Below are positions 37,488 to 51,803 of a stretch of 64,000 bases of DNA, one piece after another. The DNA is from Phoronis australis (taxonomy: Eukaryota; Animalia; Phoronida), in contig NMRA01000108.1 of NCBI GenBank assembly GCA_002633005.1, forward strand, positions 885,855-949,854, given 5' to 3'. Each line of letters opens with the position of its first letter. Positions within the stretch are counted from its first letter, which is position 1. A program made the position numbers and the translations under genes. The notes under the pieces are model-generated. The model made no database searches. It was given only the letters and a program-made list of their open reading frames with translations, and was not told the DNA's origin.

Positions 37488-37700
37488 ACTACAGCTGACT
37501 GAAACAAGAAACGGTCACATGACTTGGTGTTGTGTTATAGTCCAACTACAAGTTTGACTGGAACAAGAAACGGTTACATGACTTGGAGTTGTGTCAGAGC
37601 CCAACTACAAGTTTGACTGAAACAAGAAACGGTCACATGACTTGGTGTTGTGTTATAGCCCAACTGCAAGTTTGGCTGAAACAAGAAACAAGTCACAGGA
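37488..37700. repeat. Minisatellite, 59-bp unit, about 3.5 copies
   Basis: Seen: unit actgaaacaagaaacggtcacatgacttggtgttgtgttatagcccaactacaagtttg, with copies starting at 37498, 37557, 37616 and 37675 (partial). Confidence 0.95.
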
Positions 37701-40039
37701 ATGGCTACAAAAGCAAGACAAGAGCAATAAACACATGGCTTTTCTCCGGATACAGCAAACATTGTTAATTAGGAGCATTATAAAATAATAATTACGGACA
37801 GTCTGGCACACGTTGTACAGGTGGGCCCATTGCACTGATCAGTGGTCACCTGGAACCATTTTTATGCTTTATTAGTAAATAGTTAGATTGTTATAAGTCT
37901 ATTCCAGTTACATCTGCAGGATGTGATATCTCGGCAACAACACTGAAAAATCTGCCACAACAAGAACTCTAGTCAAGCCCAAGTGAATCAGGTTCTGCAA
38001 ATGAACACGTAACACTGACCAACAACTGGAAGTGGAACACCCATGGCAATAAACATGTACAGCAGACCATCAATGTGGTGCCAATAACTCCTTAAAGTCA
38101 GGGAATGTCTGATATTTATTAAAATTCTTATGATGAATTCTGTTACAAAGAACAGGTTTTCATTGCCATACGGCCAGATACAGAAATGAAAACAGGCAGC
38201 GATCATTTTCAGTATGCAGGACCATAACGTATCTACTTTTGTCCCACAAAACTAACACGCTACAATGTTCACATGGTGGTGAAACATATGGGTATCTAGA
38301 CAGTTAATAGATTGCTGCTGATGTGAACAGTTACAAGACATTTTAACTGGTTAAACAGACCACAGATTCAAACAAGGCCATCAACACAATATCTTATGTG
38401 GAATGAGGATGCTTCACCATACATGAAGACCATCTTAAAAGTTCAAGAAGATTACAGGAAGACGAGACAGAAATAGAATATCATGTACTTGATATGTCCA
38501 GCTTGTAATGGCTATTGACAACTTGTCAAGTAGGACTGACGGAGCTTGAAGGATGTAATACTGTTTTTGAGATTTTCTTTTGCAATGACAACACCACCAC
38601 ATACAAACAAACAGAACTGTAAGATTAAAATGCATTTGATAAGACCAGAAAATCACATTAAATTGCTCTAGGCTGTACCCCAACTCAATTTGAGACCTGT
38701 GCTCAACCACTAAAGAAAAACATATGCCAGCACCAAATTCTGCCAGGGTTTTGTGTTGTCTTTGAAAAACAGGGCAAGGCACGTTAACCAATGTAAATAA
38801 TGTTTGAAACACCATAACTTGCTAAACAATGAGTAAAAAAATATTCCACATCCTTTTTACTCATCTCAGACGGATTTTTTTTAAGGAAAAGTGAGCAACT
38901 CGATTTTCAAAAAACAGAGACCAGAACTAATATCGAGCTAATTTTAAGCTTAAAAAAGAAGAAATCCTCTAGATGATAACAAGAAAAGTTAGCGTGAAAC
39001 TATTACACTCAATACGCTAAAATCTCATCATGTTTCTATAAAGGTAATTAATAATATTGCTCTTTCCTCATTATTTACGAGCTTCAAAACATCTGCGCTT
39101 ATTGAGAAACAATATCAATGTTTTTAGTGTGGGAGTAGATACATGTGGCTGTCCCTAATCAGTTGTAACAGTGCAACTCAACCTTGGTAAACGTTCTTTA
39201 ATTTAGAACAAAAGTTACACCCAAGATTTAAACCTTTTTACCGAAGGTTTACAACATGAAAACATCAGCCCAAAATTTCACACCTCCACCACCTCCCGTG
39301 GTGTTTGATAACATAACTTACAAACGAACCAAGTAATGAAGTACTGTTTTCGATTTTGGCAGAAATTTGACGCAAGTGATAACAATCCAGTTGTCTACCA
39401 GCTGCCCAATGGAAGAACATTAACTGAATAATTGTAACAACAGGTGCAGTTTGTGACCCAAAAGACAACTTACATTTCCATGTCATGCGCAACTGTTTCC
39501 AACTTTCCAACGGAACGAAGCTTCAGTTTTGACGCTGTAAATTTATTTCAAACCGATAACAAAATCAGCGTTGACATTTAAAGAGTGGACGGATTGATCA
39601 GCAGATGCACGGTAATAATGCATTCACAAACTATATTCTCTAGTGTTTTGTAATTTCGCTTTAAACAAAGACATGGCAGCGATGTCGACAATACCAAGCA
39701 CCCTCAAGTCAAACTGCTATAATAACAAGGGAAATCAAGACACTACTTCTGTCAGAAGATAATTAGTCTGGTTGTAGTGACAATTAATAGCATGACATTG
39801 GGGTCCATTATGATCAAGTTATTGTCAGCTAGCCTTGTTCATGTCACTCTCAAAGGGTTTCAAATTTCAATAACAAATTCACATAATTATCGAATTAGCT
39901 CCAAGAACAAAGAAACTAAATGCTTTAAAAGAAAATCCTACTCAACCAAAAAATCCCTTTGTCCTGCAGAGAAGTTGAAGTCAATCCTAAAATCAGCGTG
40001 ACAACTGGAACAACCACCTCAACTGTAAAAACTAACTAC

Positions 40040-40260
40040 AGTAAAATCTCCCCAATTTAGGACACAACATGGCCGACAAGTGAAATTTTATATCTTCATT
40101 TTTCAAATAAAAGTAGCACCAAATAAATGCTATATCATTCTAAATGTCTATGTCTTGGCTACCTTCAGAAATGTGTCCAGCAACTATGGACATTCAGAAC
40201 GATATTTGAAGCGTTTTGAAAAATGAAAAAAGACCAATTTTAGCAATTACTTTTGTCCGA
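40040..40260. repeat. Inverted copy of the 28850-29270 dispersed repeat family
   Basis: Seen: aatttaggacacaacatggc, agtagcaccaaataaatgctatatc and ttgaaaaatgaaaaaagaccaattttagcaatta are reverse complements of blocks at 28880-29260. Confidence 0.75.
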
Positions 40261-42045
40261 TATTGGCGAGATTTTACCATATCGTTAGAAAGACTATCTT
40301 GGTAACTAAAGCACTGAATCGGAAGAAAAAAAATCAAATTCCACAACTTATGATACCTGAGGAAAAGGTATTTAAAGATGCACAAATCCAGTCAAGATAA
40401 GAACTAGAGTCTTCACTCTCCACAAAAGCCTGTCAGCTGGTCTTGGAACTAGTTTCCAGATAGTTGACAGATACACAACCTGACTGAAGTCTTTTAATTG
40501 CTATCATACCTCATTTACCACAAAACAAACACTGTGTCAGATGGGCAAGGACAACAAGCTGGCTGTATGGGTTACAGTACACCCAGAGAACTAATTGGTG
40601 GAATGGTGTGTAGAGCTGGTGCCATCAGGGGGTTGTTGACTGATAGTTTAAACACAGACCACACACATGGGTACTGTACCAGAAAGATGAAGCCAAGCAT
40701 CTCCCAACACAGGAACATGTGTAGCACTAAGCCAAGAGAGACCAAAGCAAGGTAGGTAAACAAACAGAACACCTTTGATATGAAACAATCCAAGCAAACA
40801 TTCATCACTGTTTACAGTGCAGCCAATCTGGCTGGTGTAAAGGTTAGTCATTTCCAGAGTAAATTTGCACAGGCGAAGATTAAACGCTTATGTTTTTGGT
40901 TGTTCTGTGGGATACACAAGACATCAAAAAGCTTCTGATTGGTAATCTGAAGGACTAAGGATTGTAACAAGTACTCCATTGTTGTATGGCATGTACTAAA
41001 CATTACTAATTGGGGGATCTCAGGAATTCCTGGGTGGCCAACCACCCCTCAACACTTAAGAACCATCGGAAACAATAGCATGACACCACCACTTTTTGTA
41101 CTAGACCACACATCACTTTTTAAATCTGGGATTCACCTATGTTCAGAATTCAGAATCCATATGGGTGAAGAGAAAAGAACACTTTTGACAATTTAACCCA
41201 ATTAAATAATTGTGGAAGGAAATTTGCAAGAAATATACAAAGATGATTATTATTTTTAACACTGTAGGAGTTCCAGGTCATTACAATTTATACATTACTC
41301 ACTGTGTCCACTTCACACCTAACTCCACCAAATGCACTTGGTAAATCGACAAACAGACTCGAAATATTTCAATACAAGGTAGCAACAACTCGCATTTACA
41401 CAGACCTATTAGATTTCTAGTACTATAAGGTGACAAAATGTTTGCAAAGTAATTCAGTGATGACAAGTAAACACAACAAATCTGTAATCAAGAGAACAAA
41501 TTTCCACTTGGAAAACCAGCACATTAGGTCGCCATTTGTAATTCAAATTCTTGGGAAAATGATGAATGGCCACACATCAGAATGTCATGTCTGGAGATTA
41601 TCACAGAATGAGGTCACAACAGACTGTTTAGCAAAATTAACCTGCATCAGAAAAGCCAGACAAAGTTTCTCCAATGTCACTACATTAGTAAACAAAACAT
41701 CACCACTATAAACAAGCCGAGGAGTTAACTTCTCCAACATTACCAAGGACATGTGTGGAAAGGATACAAACTTCTTTAAATCTAAATTCAATTGCTGCCA
41801 TCCAGCCCTACTAAGATAACAATATATCAAATTAATTAGAATACTAGACATCTGTAAATGACACGATGCATCTTTAATAACCAACAATCAGTCAGTTATT
41901 ACTTACAAGTAAACCTGACCAGTGTATGGAAAATATCACCAATTTCTGATAAAAATAATTACCTTTTTCACTTTCACAATATCTTCTAATATTTTTGAAT
42001 GGTCAAAATTTTTAAAAATACGGTATTGTCTGGTCGTAGCTGAGA

Positions 42046-42160
42046 AGGAGGCAGTGTGGCCTAGTGGGATCAGTGTCTGCTTCCTTTACTGTGAGTTTGA
42101 GTCCCACTGAGGACACTGATGAACCCTTGAGTCACCAGACCAGGTCCCTAATTCCTGGCT
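42046..42160 (+). mobile_element. tRNA-derived SINE remnant
   Basis: Seen: A-box-like tggcctagtgg and B-box-like gtttgagtccc (42095-42105), with similarity to the inverted copy at 57228-57348. Confidence 0.65.
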
Positions 42161-45100
42161 TTAATTTTAACTAAATGTTAATAAAGCATGAAAATGGTTT
42201 CAAGTGATCAGTGTAATGGGCCCACATGCGCGGCCTGCGCATGTCTGGTACAACATGAACCAGACCGCCTGCAAGTATTTTTTTATGATTATAATATGGT
42301 ATAGAATTTAAAGATGAAAAACCATTAATGTTATGAGACATATCTTTAAGGACAATATGAGAAAACGACAAATTTTACTGAATGGCAAATAATGTTCCAT
42401 ATAGGAATGCTGACCAAGTGTCATAGCTGGTAATAATTCTTCGGTAACTACATACATAACAAGAATTTCCAAAACTGCTATTTTTCAATTCCCAAACACT
42501 GTCTACAAATAATTAAAAATCTTATTCAATGTTATTTTATTCAGGACAAGTCGTCCCATTAAAGTAAAATTTTAATAATTTATATTTTTTGAAAAAATAA
42601 ACAAAATCCAATTTCTCTGTTCAAGGCATTGCATGGCACATAAGCGCAGAATTACAATAAGCCACCTACCAATCTTGATGAAGAAAATATTCCAAAAGGT
42701 AGCTACCTGCTAAAAACTTTGTGATCAGATACTACAGAATTCAAGAATCAAAAAAAATATTTCAAATCTCATCAAAACACCATCACTGTTTGCTGTAATG
42801 TCAAGGCATCACCAAACGAACTTTTATGGGGTGACCCTGTAAGCCTATAATCTGTTTGATAACTAAGCTCTAATTATTTAGCCACAAGATCTTATTGACT
42901 AGTTATCTTCTACTGAGGTTAAATACACAATGAAATAAGCCTGCATGAACAAAAAATGCTTCAGGGCTATTCCAAGGTTGAGGTAATCATTGATGAGTAA
43001 ATATTTTGAAACAGATAACAACAAGTGTTGTGCCCTGGTAAATAAATATGTCCAAACGGGCAAATTATCACATTATCACCTTATCAAGTTAAATGTATTT
43101 GAATAGCCACCTCACCATGCTTAAATTCTTTTCGACAAAAGGTATGCCAGTGAGTTTCAACAAATTTTCAACAAAATGTATATAGGTACCTCAAGACAAC
43201 CAAGAAAACAGTCAAATATCAAATCTAGTAAATGCTTTTGTCTACACCCTCCCATTTTTGTTGGAGTTGTTCTACCCTGTTAAGTATGGCTAGTGTCAGA
43301 AAGGCATAGTACCCTATGTATGAAGACCCAAATACAGCACTAAAACTTACTATTTCCAACTTACAGACAAAATAGAACTGCAGTGATGGAGATTCACTCC
43401 AAGTTCCATCCTGAAAAGTTCAGTTCAAGTGGAAATAACTTACTCCTCCAACCAAAGTTAAAAATACCAATTTAGAAACTGTTTAATAACATGCAGTAAT
43501 TTTTCACTTGAGAATAAATAAACAGCTAGGTCAGCATTGCATTTGGAGATTCAATTACTCAAACTTTACAAACACAGTAGCACATTCCTCCTTACTACTG
43601 TGCTACAAACCACGATCACAGAAACGTGAAAAAGTGCCCTACCTGATCAAATAAGCCCTTAGAACACCGAGTAAACTATCCTCAATTAAAAGAAGTGAAA
43701 CGGTTCCGCATGTTTTCCATGATTCACACACGCTTCCGCTATGATTCCTACACTCGACACATCTGAACATTAACTCCCACTGATTCAAGAATGAAAGCGA
43801 TACTTTTTGCACAGGTCCATAATACATCCCAGCTCCATGACCTCAGCACAAGCTATGTGTACGACACCTACACCTGTCAGTCAGGCACAGCTTGTCAATT
43901 ACCCAATCCTACCATCCTCCCATCTGGCAACTGGGACAATCAGGAAGCTGCAGGCAGGCACTCAGTTGAACCTGAACATATAAACAGTAACAGCTGAGCT
44001 AGCACAACTCTGAAAACTGTGGTGGCATGGACGCCAGTGGCAAAGTGGACTAAAACACCAAGCAGCAGCCAGGGACATACAATGCGGTACAAGACTTCAA
44101 AACGACTTTCCACGCAAGAAACAAGACCGAAAATGTTCTCCCACATTTTAGAAGCGTGCAGGACTTCAAACCGAGATACTTAACACAACACAAGACTTAA
44201 AATGTTCTCCTCAGATTCCCAATGTATGCATACAGGACTTGAAAATGTACCTCTCGATGGTACAAAAATTGAAAATGTTTTTCCCTGGACTCTCGATGCC
44301 TTGGTCAGGATGCCTGCCGATGATGCAACTTTTACTTTTATCCTCAATAAATAGTGTTTAGGCAGCATACAATGGTTCAAAATAAGAGACCCATCAGTGG
44401 CCCTTAGCATACCTAATGGTAGACGTACCTGTTTGACAGATAAAGCCAGAGAGGGGTAAACCTGGGGTCATGGCATGCACTTAATCAGACAGAAGTTACC
44501 GTACATCAAGATGGGTCCTTGCACATGCCAATCACACTTGCTGTTTCTCACTTTCAGAAACCGGCACACTTACCGAAAGCCTGCCTTATCAGTGAACATC
44601 AAAATTCCATGCTCAGGAAATTCTTAAAGAACAATTTATTTGATTAATTTGTAACATTATACCAACTTCCTTCAAGGCAGACGCAATTTTTAAATTTTTT
44701 GCCTGGAGCAGGCAATCAAGTCTTCAATACCAAAACAGTAAAGCCATGACATGCGAAATTATCAATCAGTACTTTCCGAACAGAAACTAATCATGTGATC
44801 CATATGCATCTCCTGAAAAGTGTAGGAGTCGTCCACGAAAGACCATGGAACCATGAAAATCAAGAAGAACGTGGATGCAAGAAAATTAAGAAGAAGCCAA
44901 AGTTCAGAAAAATTCAGTCAACTCATAAAATGTCAATAATATGCACTACAGCATGTTCTAATCATAATTGAAAGTTTAGTTGGAGTGCCCCAAAAAATTT
45001 GCCCTACAGTGGTTTACAGGATGAGATATATCTCTATGTTTTTTCTAACCAATTAGGTCCACTGTGTTTATTTCCTTTAAACAATCCATGTTCGCCAGCT

Positions 45101-45957
45101 AATAAGCAATTTGTATGTAACTTTACAGATATCGATTTTCAGACACTTAAAACAGCAAAAACAATTCCTAAAATATTTACTCATATAATGTACTTGAAGA
45201 GCATAAAACGTTCACTCAGGGACAGTGCTGAGAAGGTGCTGCAATTTGCAGGTTTCTTCAAAATTAGAACACAATATGGCGGGAACAATAAAATTTCATA
45301 TTATCAATTGAAAGTTTTCAACAAGAGAAATAAAAAACGATTTTACTTGATTAGTTGAAAATGCTATAATGTAATACAGTGATCATCAACAAACACGTGA
45401 TGAACATTTGAACAATTCGGCACTACAGCGAGGATCTGAACAATGAAAAAACAACAATTTTGGCCATTACTTTCTGTTCAAATATGAAGAAACTTTACGG
45501 CAATCTATTGATTTCACACCAACCAACTGCTGCAGGAATAGCCACTTGAAACAAATTGCTGTGTTGACTTATGAACATACTTGGGAATGATGGAGTGCTT
45601 GTTTGGACAGCAAACTCTTCAGGCTCTAGTGTTTTCTCCAATGTTGAGTAATTAACATATTAATTATCCTAAACATTCTAAGTAGCTTGAGGAGCAACAA
45701 GAGAGTAATGCTAATGTAACCGTGACAACCAAGACATGTCCATCCTTACCTGGCCTGCTTTCCACTGACTCACGAAACTCATGAAAATGCAAGATCACGT
45801 GAGACTTTTTGAGATATCGACATGCATAGCAAGCCTAGCACGTGATAACACTTTTTGTGCTTGTGAAATTCTTGCATTTACGCAAAACAGGCCAGGATTA
45901 AGTCTATAGAGCTCGCACCCTCAAGCTTCGATCACCACGCTAAAATACTGAGCTCCA

Positions 45958-46056
45958 ACCCTCAAATTTTGATCCACCACCCTCAAATTTTGATCCACCA
46001 CCCTCAAATTTTGATCCACCACCCTCAAATTTTGATCCACCACCCTCAAATTTTGA
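45958..46056. repeat. Minisatellite, 21-bp unit accctcaaattttgatccacc, 4 perfect copies plus a partial copy, with degenerate copies on both sides
   Basis: Seen directly; copies start at 45958, 45979, 46000, 46021 and 46042. Confidence 0.95.
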
Positions 46057-47022
46057 CCATCATGCTCAAGCCTGAATGTTTCTCAATCATTCAGCCCAAC
46101 CAACTTACCACTGATACAATCCCTTCTGCGTGATAAAATCAAAGTGGCGATAAACCTGCCTATACCACCACAAAAAGTGAATTTAGACCACATACTGTTG
46201 TGACATTGGTCTCACACTGGTCATTAATCTAACTCCATGTGATTTCAGGAATTCGAAAGAAATAACAATATCGTTATTGCTCTGGACCAGGCTCTTCGCT
46301 GAGCATGGTCTTAAAGGAATAACGAGTTCTTTGAAAACCGGCGAATCACTTCGCACCAAGTAGTGAACAATTTGAGACCAATTTTTAGCAGCAACTGGTC
46401 AAAATCAAAAAGTAATCAATACTTGGACGGAGCACGGACTTATAGCAGCTTCAATATCAAAATCCATCAAAAATTATGAGCTTGAGATGCAAATATCCCG
46501 CATCCATGAACTAAACCTAGAATACAGCAATAGAAAAAAGTTACCTCGTTACTTACTGAAGTATGAGCCAGACAATAAAATGACAATGACTCAGGTGACA
46601 AAGTGTTTGAACCTCAAAGGTATCACCTTCACAAACTGATCTACAAGGAGGTGTACAGGTGAATTGATATTTTATACAACCACCAGACGCATCACACACG
46701 CGTATAGGTAATCAATACGATGAAGTGAAAAGGTAGCGGTTCCTAAATATGAACAGACTATTACTCCGATCATAAATATTGATGTATATTATCCAAGTTC
46801 CGTAGACCGTAACATTAATAATCCATCAATACCGAAGTGCGGCTGTGCCTGAAATCATTAAATGGCCAACATTTCTTTTGTCCTACATGTTATGTCAGCT
46901 CTACGGTCATTAATTAGATAACAGATGGCAAGTGAGAGCCATTTAACTTTTAATTGACAGATCCTTAGAAAAAAACCCTGACAGAATCTCTTTGTACTGT
47001 TGAAAGATCAGTCTAGTATTTG

Positions 47023-47104
47023 AGGGTCCTCTTGGAAAGCAGTGCTGTCACTGAAGAGGCCACCCACATTTTAAATATCAAAATAAATAAAATAAAATAA
47101 AAAT
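47023..47104 (+). mobile_element. Probable 3' tail of a 5'-truncated non-LTR retroelement (stem-loop followed by (AAAAT)n)
   Basis: Seen: cctctt-ggaaag-cagtg-ctgt-cactg-aagagg hairpin followed by aaaataaataaaataaaataaaaat. Established: CR1/L2-type LINEs and their SINEs end in a stem-loop plus a short tandem tail. Confidence 0.55.
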
Positions 47105-47179
47105 GAAACAGAGCTTCACTTACAGACAAAAAAATTTGTGAAAACTTCAACACACACTAGATTGAAGAACAACTTTCTC

Positions 47180-47510
47180 AGTGGGTCTAGTTGTTTATAG
47201 TTTGCAAGCTGGATCTAGTTGTTAGTATTCTAGTAGTATTGAATTTTTAATTTTCTATTACCTAGTTGCTAGTTTTCTTATACGGTCTAGCTAATAGAAT
47301 TCTAGTTGTGAGCCTAAATTAGTTTTCTAGTTTGGATTTAGAAGTTACTATTTTATTTGGATCTAGTTAATAGTTTTCTAGTTATGTCTAGTTATGTTTA
47401 GTTATGTCTTGTTACTAAATTTCTGGATGAGTGGGGTCCAGTTATTAGTTTTCAAGTCACGTTAAGTTCATTTAAGTTCTCCAGGTGAGTCCAATTGCTA
47501 GTTTTCTCAT
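47180..47510. repeat. Degenerate T-rich repeat tract built on TCTAGTT / TAGTTTTC motifs
   Basis: Seen: many tctagtt, ctagtt and tagttttct variants at irregular spacing, and a local reversal of the A-rich plus-strand bias. Confidence 0.75.
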
Positions 47511-50500
47511 TCCTCAATCCCACTGCTAGAGCCAATACACAGCAACAGACATAAGTGCCGTTTACACTTAAAAGTTGACATGGATCAGCTGACAGGGAAC
47601 AAGTTGTTCCAGTGAGTAAACGGACTGACACCGTGGTGACAAATTTTTGCCACCCGTTTTTGAGGTAGAGTAATTTGCGCCCGAACATCTTGAGCCGTGT
47701 CAATTATAAGTCTAAACGCGAAACTAGAGCAAGGCAGAAAGGATCATCTCTACTGCGCTTATGCAATGACCTACCTACGGGTTCTTTGTCTCTGCAACTC
47801 TCGTCATTTGTAAAGGCCAATGGTTCTCTTTCAAATAAGGCCAAAAAAGTACATTTGTTTCTGGTCTCTTCCTCCCACTCATTTTGAAAGCTGCGCTGAC
47901 AGACTAAAAAAATGCCCATCCACACCAATTTCAAGGTCAGTGTTTTTTGAAAACCTGCTCATAGGTACGTAAGCAAGTTTACAGCCAGTTTGCATCCGAG
48001 TGGCCATTTTCCATGATTTTATCAACTGCCAAATTTATTTCACACTCTGTTGACACAAAACCCAGTGTTCGATACGATGAATGCCAAAATCGTAAATGAC
48101 TCAATCTTCAAAATCAAGGCTATTCAATATCAGCTTCCATTTTGATGTCCAAAACTTTAAACTGTCCCAAACTGGAGAATTTTTATTGCATCTCAGTAAG
48201 ACACCGCTTCCATGCAAGGAACTTCTGCACCAGTGTCAGTGTACACAACAGACATCCAGTACAGGGAACCTGTGAGATATCAGGTCAGATAATAGTTTCT
48301 CATTACATAAGTTTCTACAATACAGGCCTACTAAACCTTTTTAACCCAAACAGCAGCCTGAGGACACAGCTTGCTGACATGTACCACTAAATGAACCTGC
48401 AAGAAATGTTTGCCTTTCTACAGTTAGGAATTTTAATAGAGACAGCATTTCTAGACTGTCTAGTACACATTGCTGATATTTTAGCCCAAGAATTTAAACA
48501 AGCTTGGCAGGAAAAACCTGTCAATCAAAACCACCTAGGCTGTACACCAACGGCCATTGCACATACACAGTTTAACAGCATCGGAACAAATCATCTCGGG
48601 ATTTTCTAAAATATCCCCTGTAACTAATACGCTCATGTGTAGCATGGACCAAACCTATCTAACACCTCTCCCAACTAGTCAACTAACCTGTGCCCATGCA
48701 ACAAAAATATTTGAAATAATCTCTAAATCATACTAGAGCCTAGATAAATGTGTGTACAAACAGTGGGGTTTAATGACTCGCTAATCCCACTCACTATGAT
48801 AAGGAATCAAAAAAGCGTTTCCAAACACTCCACAGGAAGACTGAATTCCTGCTGAGACACGGCAGGTGTCCAAGAAAATACATGGTGCAAAAACCAAAAT
48901 GGGCATCAAATTATGACAACAGGTCTGGCAATAGACTGACATAAATGTAATGGGGGAATATATATGAGGAAAACCTAACACCGGTACCACTGCCCCGTTA
49001 TAGCAATGAAAAAGTGAAGACACAGGGGCTTGGTACCCTGGATCTCCCTCTAGATGCCTGCTAAGTTGACAGACAATAGTTGGATAACGTGCCCACATTT
49101 TGAGAACCAGTTTGATGCCCGTTTCTCAGTGGAGAAAACTGGTTCTCAAAATACGGGCACTCAAAAGACAGAAAGAACAAAATGTACAAAAATATGGTCT
49201 TATAACGTAAACCTTGAGTTGACAGAAGCTGATATATTGTCTGAACATGTCTGTAGTGAAGCTAAGATCAGGATTGTGAAAGCCAAGATTGAAACGCCTA
49301 CAATGCACGCACTATCTTCTTCCATATGTCAACTAATCCAAATCAAAATGAACAAATCTTATCCTGCAAGCTGCTGGGTAGCGTTCCGTAGACAAAGTTC
49401 GTTGCAAGAAAACTGAGATCACACAAGACCACACAAAACCACGCAAGTGAACGGCGAGCTTTTCCCAAGTACGGTCCAGATGTTACTAGCGTAACCTGGA
49501 TTTTACAATGAGGTTGGAATGTTGAATGCTGGGATAGAAATCCACTTTTCCGTTCCGTACAAGCGAAGATCTCTTACAGCAAGTGCAAAGCTAATACCTG
49601 GGGTCTACAGAATGCAGCCACGTACTGCGCACTGCAACTTCTACCACGACCGTACTAAAAGGGAACACGTTGAAATTTAGACCTCACTCAGTCCCCCATT
49701 CTTCATACTTACGAGGTTATACTTTCGAGTATTCCATACTAATTCACAAGTGTCCATGAACCACAATGGTGTCCTTGCAATTTACCTCACAATCACTGTC
49801 TCTAGAGCTTTAGGCAGTCACACAGTTTAGCTTTCACAAGGGATGTCCCCAGAAACCAGCTGTAATACCTTGTGCTAGGTCAGGTATTATCTCGTTAGTA
49901 CCTCCTTCACAGGTGATAAGGGTATAGTAGAGGCCTCTTACAACCGAGACCACTTGTAACTGACCAATGGGTCCATAGGTAGTTATTATCGCTGAATACC
50001 TGACCACTGGCATTCATTGCATGACAAGTAGCCGACCTGGCAAGGTTAACGCTCAGTGCCAACATAGCTGTGGCTTTGTCAATATTCTGTTAGGACACTT
50101 ACATTCAAGGTGTCAAGCAAGGCTCGCTTTTACCTGTTTTGAATTTGTTTTAAGTCTGTGTTACACCTTATAAGTTAACACCCATCTGGTTGAGATTCAG
50201 GATATATTACCAATTACTAAACATGGCTGAGATTCAGGAGAAAATGTGAATTTTTCTCTAATGCATTTTGCTCTGACTGCGAACATTTAACACTTTAAAC
50301 AAAATGGATATAGAATACTAATGAGCAGAAAAACAGTATTGGGTGTTTTAAACAATTACCTAATTGAACAACTGATGTGAATAGGTGGTGCATTAAAGTT
50401 CGAAGTTTTCACTTCTGTGAGGCAATCTCTGAAACTACCGTACTTACCCAAACAAATTTGAATGGGAACCTGCGATGTACACAAAACTAACAACAAAACA

Positions 50501-51526
50501 CCTGAGGCACAAATCAAGACTTCAGGGACTCTGTTTCACTAAATGCCTTATACCAACTTGTTGTTCGTACGTCTGATTTTTAACAGTAAGAGATACCTGT
50601 TTAAATATCACTTCTGAAGTTGAAAGTTCAGAAAAAAAACTTTTGTTTTTAGTGATACATTAACTTAATTTTACTGAATAATCACGCACTTTAGAAAGCG
50701 TGAAGTTACGACTGTTTAGTGAAACAGTAGCCAGGCACATTGTTTTCATCATTTGAGTGCGAAACAAACAGTGAAGATGGATGATTCAACACAAGAGATG
50801 ATTCGAAATTCAAAACGAAAATGAAAACCACCCTCTCTTGTGGCAAATTCTACACCATGCAAGACTGGCGGTAGTATCTACCATTTGAACTCGACTGTAC
50901 CCAGCATCAGTACTCCACTCTGTAGTAGACATGTCTCAAAAGCTTGGCTGACCAAGTGATTGTGTGACCAATTACACTTCACTGAGGACTCCTCTACAAA
51001 ATGATTATTGTCCACAGGTAATACATACCTGGCAGGTAGTAATTCACACCTGAATAGTCGTTGTTACATAACCTGGGCCAGTGCCATGACTCTGTGGAAT
51101 TTAACAACAGGCAATGGGACTAGCTTTTGTGGGCCATCTTTTGTGAGAATGGCTCTGTCAAAATATGACAGCTCTAAGTCAGATCTCTGATTGCAGTTGA
51201 GATTCTACAGTTTACAAGGTGAGACAACAGGTAACATGTAGGAAGGTGATTACAACACCTGGACATTCTGGGTTAGTGGGTATCATACAAGTACCCTCCT
51301 GGAATGGGGGTCTCGGTTATGGAGCCCCATTGTTAACGAGATGAGAGCAAGACAAATATAACCTGGACCAAAGGGCAGGAGATGAATTTATTTTGGTGTC
51401 TTCAGTTTCAAGTACAAGCAAACTTCATGCATGAAAAATAGTACAGTCACAAAAATGGCTAAAAATACAGTAGCTGAGGTAGGAAACCACAACAAGTAAC
51501 AGTTGAAAACTACCTGCATAACTTAC

Positions 51527-51691
51527 CTGAAATCAACCACAGGAATCCAAAGGTGGCACTTCAAGCCTATCAGTCCCTCAAATTAATCCAAATATTCCAC
51601 ACTAAATCGCTCTTGTAGTTTAATTAACATGAACAGAATGATACTCTCTGGCTAGTCTTCCGCCGAACGAATGTTTCTCACTGACAATTGT
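51527..51691 (-). other. Candidate non-coding 5'UTR exon (165 nt) containing a 15-codon uORF (MLIKLQERFSVEYLD*)
   Basis: Seen: strong acceptor catttcttctttcag| at 51691, consensus donor CAG|GTAAGT at 51527, and stops in all three frames. Confidence 0.4.
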
Positions 51692-51803
51692 CTGAAAGAA
51701 GAAATGTGTAATAGTTAATAACATCTTTCACATAAAAATAGGACAAAAACAACCATGAACAAAGCAGTGCATGAGTGGCAGCACTAAATCAAGAACCAAC
51801 ATC

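Noticed and set aside
37488-37700. 59-bp repeat as a CRISPR-like array
   Set aside because: The units are similar along their whole length and have no unique spacers. The same holds for the 21-bp (45958) and 36-bp (51804) arrays.
42046-42110. tRNA gene
   Set aside because: A/B boxes are present, but there is no intact cloverleaf, and similarity to the second copy extends past the tRNA-like part, as expected for a SINE.
45750-45782. Alternative first exon MSFVSQWKAGQ with CAG|GTAAGG donor
   Set aside because: The donor is good and phase 0, but an 11-codon ORF is expected by chance and joining it to the 37498 acceptor hits a stop.
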